Below are positions 1 through 10,031 of a DNA stretch of 59,417 bases, one piece after another; position 1 is the stretch's first letter, and each line of letters begins with the position of its first letter. The notes beneath the pieces were generated by a model that saw only the letters and a program-made list of their open reading frames with translations, made no database searches and had not been told where the DNA came from. The position numbers and the translations under genes were made by a program. Origin of the DNA: Spirochaetota bacterium (GTDB taxonomy: Bacteria; Spirochaetota; UBA4802; UBA5550); NCBI GenBank assembly GCA_050298055.1, contig JBNKTL010000018.1, positions 29,065 through 88,481 on the forward strand, read 5' to 3'.

Positions 1-1
1 G

Positions 2-163
2 GAAGATTCTCACTTTATTCAATGGATACAGGTCATTGCAGACGGAAAGTCATACAGACAGTTCCTGAAACCGGGAGATGCTCCGGAAGCGGTATTCAAG
101 GTCGAAGGTTCTGATATGACCTACAGAGAATACTGCAACCTTCACGGGCTCTGGAAGGCTTAG
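2..163 (+). CDS. dfx: Desulfoferrodoxin / superoxide reductase, C-terminal part (5' end outside window)
   Basis: Frame 2 reads [32 protein letters not shown]...[13 protein letters not shown]-x-I-x-WI and YCNLHGLW are SOR iron-site motifs. Confidence 0.92.
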   Translation, partial: EDSHFIQWIQVIADGKSYRQFLKPGDAPEAVFKVEGSDMTYREYCNLHGLWKA

Positions 164-205
164 ATATTTACAGGCGGGGTCACTTGACCCCGCCTGTAAA
201 TATCT
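162..205. terminator. Hairpin between convergent genes (bidirectional terminator or REP-like palindrome)
   Basis: Perfect 21-bp arms AGATATTTACAGGCGGGGTCA / TGACCCCGCCTGTAAATATCT around a 2-nt centre, between two stop codons. Confidence 0.75.
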
Positions 206-1155
206 CAAAGTATTTTCTTCAACGGGTCATATTTCTGTTCCGATAAATCAAAATCAAGCTTCTCCCTGTTCCCCTGTTCGTCAATCCGGGATGCCTTAAA
301 GTTGCTGGAAATCTCCGCTCCGTCCTTAAACTCGACGATCCCGTAACTCTCAAGCTGCCTGAGAAATGTCCTCATTATCCCGAATGACATCTTCTGAATA
401 TTGAGATCACCGTGATGTTCATGATCATAAAGACCAAGGTTGACATCGGCCACCCTGAAATCCATCATCAGGGAATCAACATTTATCCCTGTTTCCACAC
501 CATACATCTGCCAGAAATGGACCGCATTAAAAAACTCAAGGGTGCCCGCAACCTCCCCGGAGAGGGGATATGCCATGTTCCTGAGTTCACTGACCACCGG
601 GTGCTGAATGACGGAAAAGAGAGGCTGTGCAACAAACTTTTTGACCCTCCCCATTGCCCTCCAGAAACTCGCTTTCGCGAAGTCAAAACCGGAGAGGACC
701 GCGCCGCTTAATCCAAGAACAAAGTGTGATCCGAAGTGTTCGGTAACAACATCGGTGTCCAGAAAAACCACAATAATATCTTTTTCAGCGCTGTCACCTT
801 TAAAGTCGCAGTTAATATGGTAGAGGGTCCTCCTCATATCGGCCCCCTTCCCCCTTTCCCTGCCCATATCGGGAACAGGGAGATCATTACAGATAATGAT
901 ATCAGTTTCCGGGTCCGCTTCAAGGGCCTTCTTTTCGGTCAGTTCCTCCCACTGGTTCTCCCTCCTGTGAGAGAGAAAGATCCTGTCAATATAATCACCA
1001 AGTTCATTCCGCAGAAGTGTGATCTTTTCGTATATCAACTCGGCTTCCCTCTCCCCGAAGGTTGAAAAGACAACGAAGATCTTTTTCCCTTCCTTGCTTT
1101 TCAGGTCTCTGTTGAGGGGGAATTCCGAGGCATCGAAGCATTTGATTTTTTTCAT
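205..1155 (-). CDS. Glucosyl-3-phosphoglycerate synthase-like glycosyltransferase (GT-A fold)
   Basis: GKG motif, DTD (DxD), YPLSGE, YGVETG and C-terminal HEH, as in GpgS/MpgS. Confidence 0.8.
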   Translation of the reverse strand: MKKIKCFDASEFPLNRDLKSKEGKKIFVVFSTFGEREAELIYEKITLLRNELGDYIDRIFLSHRRENQWEELTEKKALEADPETDIIICNDLPVPDMGRERGKGADMRRTLYHINCDFKGDSAEKDIIVVFLDTDVVTEHFGSHFVLGLSGAVLSGFDFAKASFWRAMGRVKKFVAQPLFSVIQHPVVSELRNMAYPLSGEVAGTLEFFNAVHFWQMYGVETGINVDSLMMDFRVADVNLGLYDHEHHGDLNIQKMSFGIMRTFLRQLESYGIVEFKDGAEISSNFKASRIDEQGNREKLDFDLSEQKYDPLKKIL

Positions 1156-1195
1156 TTATTGCTGTCCATTTGTCCCATTAATCTGAATAGACACA

Positions 1196-1224
1196 ATGGT
1201 ATCATGAGGGGGAAGATCGTTCAA
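1196..1224 (-). promoter_or_regulatory. sigma70-type promoter of the glycosyltransferase gene
   Basis: Minus strand TTGAAC-N17-TACCAT with TG extended -10. Confidence 0.5.
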
Positions 1225-1240
1225 GAAAATTATTCACCTC

Positions 1241-2476
1241 TCAGTTCATATTATCCAGCGAACTTAAAACTTTTGCAAAATAATTCAACTCCTCCATCCG
1301 CCCCAGGGTTATCCTCACATACCATTCGCTGATATCCTTCTCACCGGGGACAGATGCAACAATAATACCCTGTTCTTCAAGGTAAGAAATAAGCATATCT
1401 GCCGTCATATCATTATGACGGACCATCATGATACTGGAGTCCGTATCAATAGATTGTATTGACTTGTTTTTCTTAATTTTATCAAGAAACAGGTTTTTCC
1501 TGATCTTTGCCTGGTTGCGGACAATCTCAATATAATCCATCCTGTCAAGGGCAAGGAGCGCAAAATCAAATGAAAATTGTGTAATGGGGAAATAGGGCCT
1601 GTGAATTTTCAGGGCCCTCAGGATGTCCTCTTCACAGGTCATGGCATAGGCAATACGGAGATTGCCCAGTCCGTATGCTTTGGAAAAAGTCCGCAGAACA
1701 ATAAGGTTATTGTAGTCTTTAAGGTACTGGGAGGCCGATTTTACCCCTCCGGATACATCGGTATACTCACCATAAGCCTCATCAATAACAACAAACGCGT
1801 AATTCTCCTGGGCTGTCTTGACGATATCTTCTATAAAGACATCGGGGATGGAAACCCCGGAGGGATTGTTCGGGTCCGCAAGCCAGATCAGTTTCGGCTT
1901 TAGTTTTTTCAGAATGTCTTTATATTCATACAGGGTTTCCGATGACCACCGGAACCCCTTTTCCTCATGGAGATGAAGCCGGATAATCACAGCACCCATA
2001 CGCCGCGAGTACTCTTCAAAGAGATAAAAGGAAGGAGAGTTAACAAGGACCCTGTCGTTATATTCCAGAAAACTGGATGCAATAATGATAAGCATCTGGT
2101 CAAGCCCTGCGGAGAGCAGAACATGATCCGGTGAAATATTATGAATAGAAGCGATCTTCTCCTTGAGTTCACATGCGACAAACTCCGGGTAGTTCTTAAA
2201 GTACTTTCTTTTATCCAGCTTATCAAAGAGTCCGGAAATTTTTTCAATGACCTCAATATCGCAACCGTCATTGTTTTGTCCCAGGTCAAACCTGTAGATT
2301 TTATCAAGTCCGTATTTTTTCTTAATGAACCGGACATGTTCCTGAATATTGAGGTCCTTGTTTACATACCCGTCATCCTTTTCATAGAGGGCCCTCTGGG
2401 TACCTATATTGAAAAAAGACCTGGTCTTAATAATATCCTGCATGGTTTTTGGTTTTGAATCTGAGTTATTTTCCAT
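1241..2476 (-). CDS. PLP-dependent class I/II aminotransferase (HisC/CobD-like)
   Basis: DPNNPSG, DEAY and RTFSKAYGL (PLP lysine) motifs. Confidence 0.88.
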   Translation of the reverse strand: MENNSDSKPKTMQDIIKTRSFFNIGTQRALYEKDDGYVNKDLNIQEHVRFIKKKYGLDKIYRFDLGQNNDGCDIEVIEKISGLFDKLDKRKYFKNYPEFVACELKEKIASIHNISPDHVLLSAGLDQMLIIIASSFLEYNDRVLVNSPSFYLFEEYSRRMGAVIIRLHLHEEKGFRWSSETLYEYKDILKKLKPKLIWLADPNNPSGVSIPDVFIEDIVKTAQENYAFVVIDEAYGEYTDVSGGVKSASQYLKDYNNLIVLRTFSKAYGLGNLRIAYAMTCEEDILRALKIHRPYFPITQFSFDFALLALDRMDYIEIVRNQAKIRKNLFLDKIKKNKSIQSIDTDSSIMMVRHNDMTADMLISYLEEQGIIVASVPGEKDISEWYVRITLGRMEELNYFAKVLSSLDNMN

Positions 2477-2478
2477 AA

Positions 2479-3834
2479 TTAAACAATCTCTTTCATAGTT
2501 TCTATGGCAGAAATGATCATCTCACTGATTTTTGTACTGTCAATTGCATCAAGAAGATCACCGGTTATCCCCCTATTGAGGTTGCCGTTAAACACACCAC
2601 CTGATGAATTGAAGTCCCATATCAGATCAAGTGAGCTCCTGTAATGAAAGGGGAACATACCGCAGACCAGGCCGTCGGTTATAACCTTTTGAAACCTGTT
2701 CGTATCCGCGATTATCCCCGATTCCCTGACACTTTTTATTAATGCGGACTGCATTTTCGGAAGATATTCAACCTGGTTGAATCCTCCGAGGGCCGCAAAC
2801 CCATTCACAAATGATATGACTAAAAAATCAAGCATAACAGTGGGAAGAATGGTTTTCCCGATTAATGCATCGATAATTTCCCCCTTGGTCAGTTTGAGAC
2901 TGAAACCGTCTCCGGAAAGGAAGTCATTCCGGTTATCAACTTTCAGGGGGACCGTTTTTTTCTTTTCCGAAATCCCCCAGAAAAGCTGAGAGCCGAAATT
3001 TTCACCCCAGCAGCAGGATATGTTCCTGAAGTTCTCTATAAATATTTTTCTCACATCCCTGTTGAACAGAATCGTTGAGATCAACGAATCACTTTTCTCA
3101 ATCTCTTCAATGAGCAAATCTTTTATTATTATATTTGATTGCAGGTAGAGAATACCGGGGACATCATCCCGTATGGCTTCATCAAAAAAATACTTCCAGA
3201 GCTTACTGTTCAGATATGTGACCTGGTCGGAAAAGGTCTCAAAGTTCTTTCCCACTTTTTCAATTTCCAGGCAGTCAAAGAAGAGATGTTCAAGAAATCT
3301 TTTTTTCTGCCCATCCAGTCCAACCCGGTTGAAGTTTAAAATAAATGACCCCAGCCCCGCATTTCTGTCAGCTCGAATAATTTCGTCAAACAGGTAGACC
3401 GGGACTTTACTCTTCCGTTCACTGAAAAAATTGAATCGTTCATTTGAAAAAGTGAATCCCCTGGGATAGGAAATATTAACCAGGGGAACATTCCCGGAAG
3501 CAAAAACAACAATAGAGGGAAGTGACAGATTATTCAGCATAAGATAATAGAGAATATTGGAATTGTAGAGAAGACTGTAATGGAGCAGACCATGGTGGTC
3601 GGCATAGGAGATCACCGGGTATCGTTCAAGCTGACGTCCCAGGCTTTCCCCCTCTGTATCGGGCAAAATTCTTTTGACTTCCCTGACAACCCGGCCTATA
3701 AACCTTTTGGAATTTTCAGCAGGGGTAAGACTTTTCAGGATGTCTGAGGCATACTCTTTAAAGGTACCGGAATACCTGTATTTTTTCTCCATTCCCGGTC
3801 TCTTGCTGAAAAAAGATAACAACTGATCGGACAT
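2479..3834 (-). CDS. Uncharacterised ~451-aa protein with weak resemblance to BshC-like (HUP-fold) ligases
   Basis: Long ORF, likely ATG start at 3834 after GGGGA; motifs SYADHHG, GNVP, YPRG, FSDQ, LFWG, ILPTV...GGFNQVEYL; stop lies 2 nt before the aminotransferase ATG. Confidence 0.7.
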   Translation of the reverse strand: MSDQLLSFFSKRPGMEKKYRYSGTFKEYASDILKSLTPAENSKRFIGRVVREVKRILPDTEGESLGRQLERYPVISYADHHGLLHYSLLYNSNILYYLMLNNLSLPSIVVFASGNVPLVNISYPRGFTFSNERFNFFSERKSKVPVYLFDEIIRADRNAGLGSFILNFNRVGLDGQKKRFLEHLFFDCLEIEKVGKNFETFSDQVTYLNSKLWKYFFDEAIRDDVPGILYLQSNIIIKDLLIEEIEKSDSLISTILFNRDVRKIFIENFRNISCCWGENFGSQLFWGISEKKKTVPLKVDNRNDFLSGDGFSLKLTKGEIIDALIGKTILPTVMLDFLVISFVNGFAALGGFNQVEYLPKMQSALIKSVRESGIIADTNRFQKVITDGLVCGMFPFHYRSSLDLIWDFNSSGGVFNGNLNRGITGDLLDAIDSTKISEMIISAIETMKEIV

Positions 3835-4216
3835 ATTTTCCCCAAATAACGGTAATAAAATCAGAGCACAGCTATAGGAACTCAGCTCCCGTGTAGTATA
3901 CAGAATCAAAACCAGGCATGCCTGAAATCAATTCCAGGAAGAGAAACCTGCTGAAAACCAGCCAAATGTTAACAAGACTGAGTCTTTTTTTTAAGGAACA
4001 AAACGTGCTTTTTGAAACAGATCACATCACTTATGAGTAAACGGCATTGAAAATTAAGGCCACAATGCTGAACGTATAAAAGAGTATCCTTTAATAAAGA
4101 AGGAGTATCATTACATTCCAATTATCCTCTTTGCAAAATCCATTAATTAATTTCAATGATTTTTTTCACAAGAAAAAAATTTTTTTTTATGGATATTTTA
4201 AAGATTTAACTCAAGC

Positions 4217-5308
4217 TTACTTACTATGTCCGATAAAATCTCCCTTATAATCAGTATAGATCCTATAGGAAGCGTTTATGATTTCCTGGGGGATAGTAAT
4301 ACCCAGATCCTGCGCCCTCTTCCTGTTGATAATAATATTATATTTACGGGGATATTCCCAGGGGATATCACCGGGATTTTCTCCTTTTAATATCCTCATT
4401 CCTTTCTCAGCCAGTTGCACCCCGATGTCATACCATATGACACAGGTCCCCGCAAGCTTACCATACTTGATATCAATCTCATCAAATGATGTAAGTCCAA
4501 TTTTCATATTCTCCCTTATCCACTTCCCTTCAATATTAGCTGCATCGATAAACTGGCCTTTTTTGTTGACAAATACCGATATCCCCAGCATTGCAAAATA
4601 ATCCATACCTTTTTTTGCATAACCGGACAAAAACTCCTTTGTCTCTTCATGGTGCTTCAATGTTTTGAATATAATGAGCCGGACATCCTCCTCCCTTGCC
4701 GCCCGGGTGACCTCATCCCTGAACCATTCATTGGCAAGTTTCATCTGGTCCCAGGAAAAGAATATGAGTTTCTTTGCCCTGGGGTTCAGTTTCTTCATGA
4801 GCCTGATGGTTGAATTCATCTGGATAAAAACACCCACACCGGTTACATTTCCCCCCGGTTTTTCCCAGCTTTTTATGGTACCCGATTTTATGGGCACACA
4901 GTTTTCCGAAACAAATTTATATTCCGGGCCGGTGAGTTTCCGGGTTATCATCATATCCGCAAAAGCTGTTGGAAAGTTAATAGTACAGATAAGGTCGGGA
5001 CGTAATGATTTAATTCTTTCAATTATCACCGGAATTTTTTTCTTATTCAACCCGGTATCAATTTCCAGATAATTGACTTTTTTTTTCCTTTCGGCAATGG
5101 CCCCGGTCAAAGTCTCCTTAAAACCGTCCCGTATCCCCGATGACCACTCATCAATGGTATCCATGATGATCATTACTTCATAATTGTCCTTTAACAGCCT
5201 GTCAAACTTCCCGGGTCCTTCACCTTTGGTCTCCTGTTCTTTTTGAGAGCAGTATACGCTTACAGTTACCAGCAGTATAAAGAGAGGAGTTTTAACCTTC
5301 ATCATCAT
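4217..5308 (-). CDS. ABC-type substrate-binding lipoprotein (COG2984-like), paralogue 1
   Basis: Lipobox-like VSVYC, PGGNVTGV, RILKGENPGDIP, IINRKRAQDLGITIPQ. Confidence 0.85.
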   Translation of the reverse strand: MMMKVKTPLFILLVTVSVYCSQKEQETKGEGPGKFDRLLKDNYEVMIIMDTIDEWSSGIRDGFKETLTGAIAERKKKVNYLEIDTGLNKKKIPVIIERIKSLRPDLICTINFPTAFADMMITRKLTGPEYKFVSENCVPIKSGTIKSWEKPGGNVTGVGVFIQMNSTIRLMKKLNPRAKKLIFFSWDQMKLANEWFRDEVTRAAREEDVRLIIFKTLKHHEETKEFLSGYAKKGMDYFAMLGISVFVNKKGQFIDAANIEGKWIRENMKIGLTSFDEIDIKYGKLAGTCVIWYDIGVQLAEKGMRILKGENPGDIPWEYPRKYNIIINRKRAQDLGITIPQEIINASYRIYTDYKGDFIGHSK

Positions 5309-5469
5309 TCTCCCAAAAGCAGGAGTTTTCTTTTTTATTTTTGGAAAATTATACTTCCCTATACAAAAAAAATACCCTCAGATTACATAATGATCAAATA
5401 TTATTTACATCCGTGTCCATTTTAGTATGAAGGTATGAATTTACTTATAGCAGATGCTCCTATGATAAC

Positions 5470-6561
5470 TTACTTCCCCTGACCGATAAAATTGCCCTTA
5501 TAATCAGTATAGATCCGGTAGGAAGCATTTATGATCTCCTGGGGTATTTTAATCCCCAGGTCATCAGCACGTTTTTTGTTGAGGATAATATTATATTTTC
5601 TCGGATAGTCCCAGGGAATATCACCAGGTTTTTCCCCCTTCAATATTCTTATGCCCTTTTCCGCCAGTTGAACCCCAATATCAAACCATATCACACTTGC
5701 TCCGCCCATCATGCCATATTTTATAGCCGTTTCATCATAGACTATTTCCGGTATCTTGGAATGATTTCTCAGCCATTTATTTTCAATGTCATAGAGATTC
5801 CTGACTTCTCTGCCGTCTCTATGAACATAAGCTGAAACTCCCGCCATAAGAAAATAGTCTTTACCTTTATTTGCGTATTTCCTGAAAAAGAGGATTTCAT
5901 CCTCAATATTGGATACACGTTTGAATTCCACAAGTTTAATACTCTCTTCTCTACATGCCCTTTTGATCTCCTGTTCAAACCATTCGTTTAACTGAGACAT
6001 GGCGTCCCATGTATAAAACAGAAGTTTTTTAACCTTTGGATTTATTTTCTTCATGATCCTTATCTGAGATGTCATCTGCAGGAATACACCCACACCGGTA
6101 ATATTTCCACCGGGTTTTTGCCGGCTTTTTATAACTCCTGATCTTACAGGGATGCAGTTTTCGGACACAAATTTATATTGAGGATCGTTAAGCTTTTTTG
6201 TTATCATTCTGTCCGCAAAAACATTTGGATAATTTATCACACATATGAGATCAGGTTTTTTAGTTTTAATCTCATTGATTATTGACGGAACCCTGGCCGG
6301 TTTAAGTTCCGTATCAAATTCTTTATATATTGCTTTTGAATGATTATTTTCCAGGAATTTGTTTAAAGTCTCTTTAAAACCATCCCTGATCCCTTTTGAC
6401 CATTCATCAACGGTATCCATAATGATCATTACATCATATTTGTCCTTTAACAAACTGGCAGTCTTCTCAGGTTCTTCACCTTTAGTATCCTGTTCTTTTT
6501 TTGAGCAGAATAAACTAAATGTTACCAGCAATATAAGGAGAGGAGCTTTCACATTCATCAT
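5470..6561 (-). CDS. ABC-type substrate-binding lipoprotein (COG2984-like), paralogue 2
   Basis: Lipobox-like SLFC, PGGNITGV, ILKGEKPGDIP; clearly similar to paralogue 1 over its whole length. Confidence 0.85.
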   Translation of the reverse strand: MMNVKAPLLILLVTFSLFCSKKEQDTKGEEPEKTASLLKDKYDVMIIMDTVDEWSKGIRDGFKETLNKFLENNHSKAIYKEFDTELKPARVPSIINEIKTKKPDLICVINYPNVFADRMITKKLNDPQYKFVSENCIPVRSGVIKSRQKPGGNITGVGVFLQMTSQIRIMKKINPKVKKLLFYTWDAMSQLNEWFEQEIKRACREESIKLVEFKRVSNIEDEILFFRKYANKGKDYFLMAGVSAYVHRDGREVRNLYDIENKWLRNHSKIPEIVYDETAIKYGMMGGASVIWFDIGVQLAEKGIRILKGEKPGDIPWDYPRKYNIILNKKRADDLGIKIPQEIINASYRIYTDYKGNFIGQGK

Positions 6562-6665
6562 CTTTCTCCTAAGTAGAGATTATATATATTTTTACAGTTA
6601 ACGAAAGATTATACTTCCAAATACTGTAATAAAAACATCTAATCTCAAAATTTTCAAACACTTTT

Positions 6666-7601
6666 TTAAATCCATGTCCAGCTTGTACAATAATCATCAG
6701 ATAAATTAATAATTCTATTACCATCCCATTCTATATAATACTTTTTATCCTTAACCTTTTCATCAAGATCTACTGTCTGATTTATCCATATAAAATTTTC
6801 ATTGTTTTCGGTAACACTATTTATTTCATCAATCAGCTCCTGTTGTTTTTGTCGTGTAAATTGATATAACATAAAAGAAGTCAAAATAACCAGATATTTC
6901 TCTTTATAGTCGTTCATGATATTTTTTACTACATTGATCTTTGAAAAACCAAATGCAGAATTTTTAATTAAGCTAAAATTATTTATGCTTTGAATATTAC
7001 TGAGCAGATTATTTACGTATTTTCTCTCTTCATAATTATCAATACAGGCTACAAGCCACTCTTTATCAGGGGGATCTACTTCAACACCCAGGTATAAATC
7101 AACACTTTTGGGATTCTGAGGAAATTGCTGTTTTATTGTAGAAAAGTATAGTTCTTTATCATTTAAAAGTTTTTCTGAATTTAATAAGCTGTAACCGATT
7201 AATCCAAATGAAGCCCCCAGTTCTATTACAGCGATTGGTTTGTCCTTCAGTCTTGCCCCGAACAATTCAAGAAGTGGGAGAGCCCTTGCCGGTACATTTG
7301 CCTGTACATTTTTTTCTGTTGAGAGTTGTAATATATTTTTTTTATTATTTGTTAGATAATGTTGAAATGAGTTATTTTCATTAAAAAAATCTAAACCTAA
7401 ATCCTTACCTGCATCTTTATTAAGCAGAAACCTTATGCTGCTGAGCAACAGAAGAACTGCTTCTCCCGGCTGTTTATTTGAATTATTAATTATTTCAGAA
7501 ATAACATCCAGTGTATTTATATTTTTTAGTTGTTTAAATATATATTCGGACCATAAATAATGATATTTATCAATAAATGATACAACTTCACTGTTCTTCA
7601 T
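6666..7601 (-). CDS. DUF2332-family protein (SAM-methyltransferase-like fold)
   Basis: VQANVPAR, IELGASFGL and YLGVEVDPP resemble DUF2332 motifs; very AT-rich sequence. Confidence 0.65.
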   Translation of the reverse strand: MKNSEVVSFIDKYHYLWSEYIFKQLKNINTLDVISEIINNSNKQPGEAVLLLLSSIRFLLNKDAGKDLGLDFFNENNSFQHYLTNNKKNILQLSTEKNVQANVPARALPLLELFGARLKDKPIAVIELGASFGLIGYSLLNSEKLLNDKELYFSTIKQQFPQNPKSVDLYLGVEVDPPDKEWLVACIDNYEERKYVNNLLSNIQSINNFSLIKNSAFGFSKINVVKNIMNDYKEKYLVILTSFMLYQFTRQKQQELIDEINSVTENNENFIWINQTVDLDEKVKDKKYYIEWDGNRIINLSDDYCTSWTWI

Positions 7602-7637
7602 GAATATTTGTCCTATTAAAATCCTTTTGTCTTTTAT

Positions 7638-8747
7638 TTATTTACCTGCAAGCGTCCCATTATAATCCACATAGACACGGAAAGCGGCATTTAAGATATT
7701 CTGCGGAATCTTTATTTTCAGAAATTCCGCCCTTTTCTTATTAATAACGATATCAAATTTCCGGGGATAATCCCACGGGATAGTGCCGGGATCTTCACCC
7801 TTGAGAATTCTCAATCCCTTCTCAGCCAGCTGCTCCCCGAGATCATCCCAGATCACGCTTGCCCCGCCGAGCATCCCGTGCATGATTGCCGTTTCATCAT
7901 ATACGATCATGGGTATCTTTACATTTTTGCGGTACCATTTCATCTCAACATCAACAATATTTTTAACAGGCCTTCCGTCCCTGTGAACAAATGCGGATAT
8001 ACCGCCCATAAAGAAATACTCTTTTCCCCTGTTGGAATATTTTTTAATGAACTCAATCTCATCTTCAATATTTGCCGTTCGTTTAAATTCAAGAAGCTCA
8101 ATACCCTCTTCCCTGCATGCCTTTTTTATCTCGTTTTCAAACCATTCGTTCAGCTTAACCATCCTGTTCCATGAGAAAAAAACAAGCTTTTTTACCGCAG
8201 GGTTCAGTTTCTTCATAAGGCGTATCTGTGAATTCATCTGGATGAAGATGCCGACCCCGGTGATGTTCCCTCCCGGTTTTTTCCAGCTGTTTATGACCCC
8301 GGACCTTTCGGGAATACAGTTTTCAGACACAAACCTGTACCGGGGACCGTTAAGTTTTTTTGCGATATTGATGTCGGCAAAGGCAGAGGGACTGTTCATG
8401 GTAAAAACAAGGTCCGGTTTTTTTCTTTTTATTACTTCAACAATGGTTTTCGCAGTATCAGGGTCGTTTTTCGTAAAATAGAGCTTATACTCTGCCGCTG
8501 AATTATTTTTTTTCAGCACCCTGTTGATCTTCTTTTTAAAAGAGTCCAGCATTATATTGAAGGACTCCCTTTCATGAGCGCCGTCATAGACGATGATAAT
8601 TGAATAGACTTTTCCTTCTAATCCCGATCTGACTGTTTCGGAACCGGGCAAATCCTTTTTCTCCTTGCATTGAGTAAAAGCTGTCAGGATAAGAAGGGGT
8701 GGTAATAATAATCGCAACAGATACATCATTTTCTTTTTCCGCTTCAC
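7638..8747 (-). CDS. ABC-type substrate-binding lipoprotein (COG2984-like), paralogue 3
   Basis: Lipobox-like FTQC, FVSENCIP, PGGNITGV, ILKGEDPGTIP. Confidence 0.85.
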   Translation of the reverse strand: MKRKKKMMYLLRLLLPPLLILTAFTQCKEKKDLPGSETVRSGLEGKVYSIIIVYDGAHERESFNIMLDSFKKKINRVLKKNNSAAEYKLYFTKNDPDTAKTIVEVIKRKKPDLVFTMNSPSAFADINIAKKLNGPRYRFVSENCIPERSGVINSWKKPGGNITGVGIFIQMNSQIRLMKKLNPAVKKLVFFSWNRMVKLNEWFENEIKKACREEGIELLEFKRTANIEDEIEFIKKYSNRGKEYFFMGGISAFVHRDGRPVKNIVDVEMKWYRKNVKIPMIVYDETAIMHGMLGGASVIWDDLGEQLAEKGLRILKGEDPGTIPWDYPRKFDIVINKKRAEFLKIKIPQNILNAAFRVYVDYNGTLAGK

Positions 8748-8918
8748 CGGTTGTTCCGGATTATTTTCAATAATATATGTAAATTAAATCAAGGCCTTTT
8801 TTAAAATATAAAAATTTTATCTAAAAAAGTGGAAAAATGAGAAAAAAGTGATTTTTTAAAAAAAGAGAAGAAAATATTAATTTTTTTAGCTATCTTAGTA
8901 ACAGTTGTTTAAATAAAA

Positions 8919-9052
8919 ATATCGATTTAGCCGTAATAAGGAATAATTTTATTCATTATAAATCACTGAGATCTCCCTGCCCGGGGCAGCGGAGAGATAC
9001 GAATAATATTTCTCTTGATATATTTTCTTTGACTGTAAAGCTAAGCAGTCAC
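8919..9052 (+). mobile_element. Highly degenerate copy of the ~140-bp MITE (left boundary approximate)
   Basis: ACTGAGATCTCCCTGCCCGGGGCAGCGGAGAGAT core and right end GCTAAGCAGTCAC at the expected spacing. Confidence 0.4.
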
Positions 9053-9081
9053 ATGTCAATATTCTCTATTCTGAAACCGGG

Positions 9082-9864
9082 ATGATGCAAATGGACAATT
9101 TAAAAAAAATGACAGAAGAGGGACTTTTTGATTTTCTCTTTGAATTCAGCAACAATGAAACAGGGAGCTTATTGAATTCAGGGAACCTAAAATATGTTGT
9201 AAGCGATATTCCTAAATTCTGCAATGTTTTTGGAACAGTTTTTCCTGATAACGAATTATCAAATGAAATTATCAGAATAATTCATTTATTTAAAAGTACC
9301 GGGTCTCCTTTTTTCTGGATTACCGGGCCGGGGACAAAACCGGATCACACATCCCCTGTTCTTATTGACAATGGCCTGGTTGATGCAGGAACAACGTACG
9401 GGCTTATTATTAAATTACCCGCTACCCGTGACCGGGTCACAGGGAACCGCAATTTTATTATAAAAGAAGTAGCGGACATCCACGATCTCAATGTGTGGAT
9501 AGAGAGAGTAAAAGGCATGTTTCATTTCTCCGGGAATCAGCCTCACATTCTTACAGAGATTCTGAAAAAAAAAGTTTTTCTTGAAAAAAAATTCAGGTTG
9601 TTTCTTGGACTGGTTGACAATGAGACTGTCTCCACCGGCGCACTTCACTATGGGAAAAGTACAGCAGGCTGTTACTGGATCTCCACATTAAATCCTCTGC
9701 GCAGAAAAGGTTTTGCAACAGATATGATGCGGCACCTTATGGTGACGGCCGGAAATTCAGGGTTTCCCTACCTGTCGCTCCAGTCGAACCGGGATGCATA
9801 CGGTTTATATAAAAAGCTCGGATTTACTCACTGCTGTGATTTCCGGTTTCACTTACTCTCATAG
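9082..9864 (+). CDS. GNAT-family N-acetyltransferase
   Basis: ISTLNPLRRKGFA acetyl-CoA motif A and LYKKLGF motif B. Confidence 0.88.
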   Translation: MMQMDNLKKMTEEGLFDFLFEFSNNETGSLLNSGNLKYVVSDIPKFCNVFGTVFPDNELSNEIIRIIHLFKSTGSPFFWITGPGTKPDHTSPVLIDNGLVDAGTTYGLIIKLPATRDRVTGNRNFIIKEVADIHDLNVWIERVKGMFHFSGNQPHILTEILKKKVFLEKKFRLFLGLVDNETVSTGALHYGKSTAGCYWISTLNPLRRKGFATDMMRHLMVTAGNSGFPYLSLQSNRDAYGLYKKLGFTHCCDFRFHLLS

Positions 9865-9877
9865 ACAGTCAAAAGTT

Positions 9878-10017
9878 GTAACTACCCAGCTATATGAATA
9901 AAATTTTATATTTATAAATAATATCAAAAAAATGTTCCCGTCGCCCGGGGCGGCGGAGACATGTCAGTTGTGTTTTGCGTTAAATATCATTTTTCTCATA
10001 CAGAACCGAGTTGTAAC
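9878..10017 (-). mobile_element. ~140-bp MITE copy (degenerate)
   Basis: Ends GTAACTACCCAGC / CCGAGTTGTAAC; core TGTTCCCGTCGCCCGGGGCGGCGGAGACA; flanks CAAAAGTT / CGGAAGTT (6 of 8 match). Confidence 0.72.
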
Positions 10018-10031
10018 CGGAAGTTTTTTAC

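Noticed and set aside
205..1240. Glycosyltransferase as a definite member of the BshC-like/PLP operon (bacillithiol-like pathway)
   Set aside because: It has its own sigma70-like promoter in an 85-nt gap and resembles GpgS rather than BshA; no deacetylase is nearby
3835..4216. Riboswitch, T-box or leader peptide in the long 5' region of the unknown protein
   Set aside because: Only short hairpins and very short frames are visible; no recognisable consensus or terminator
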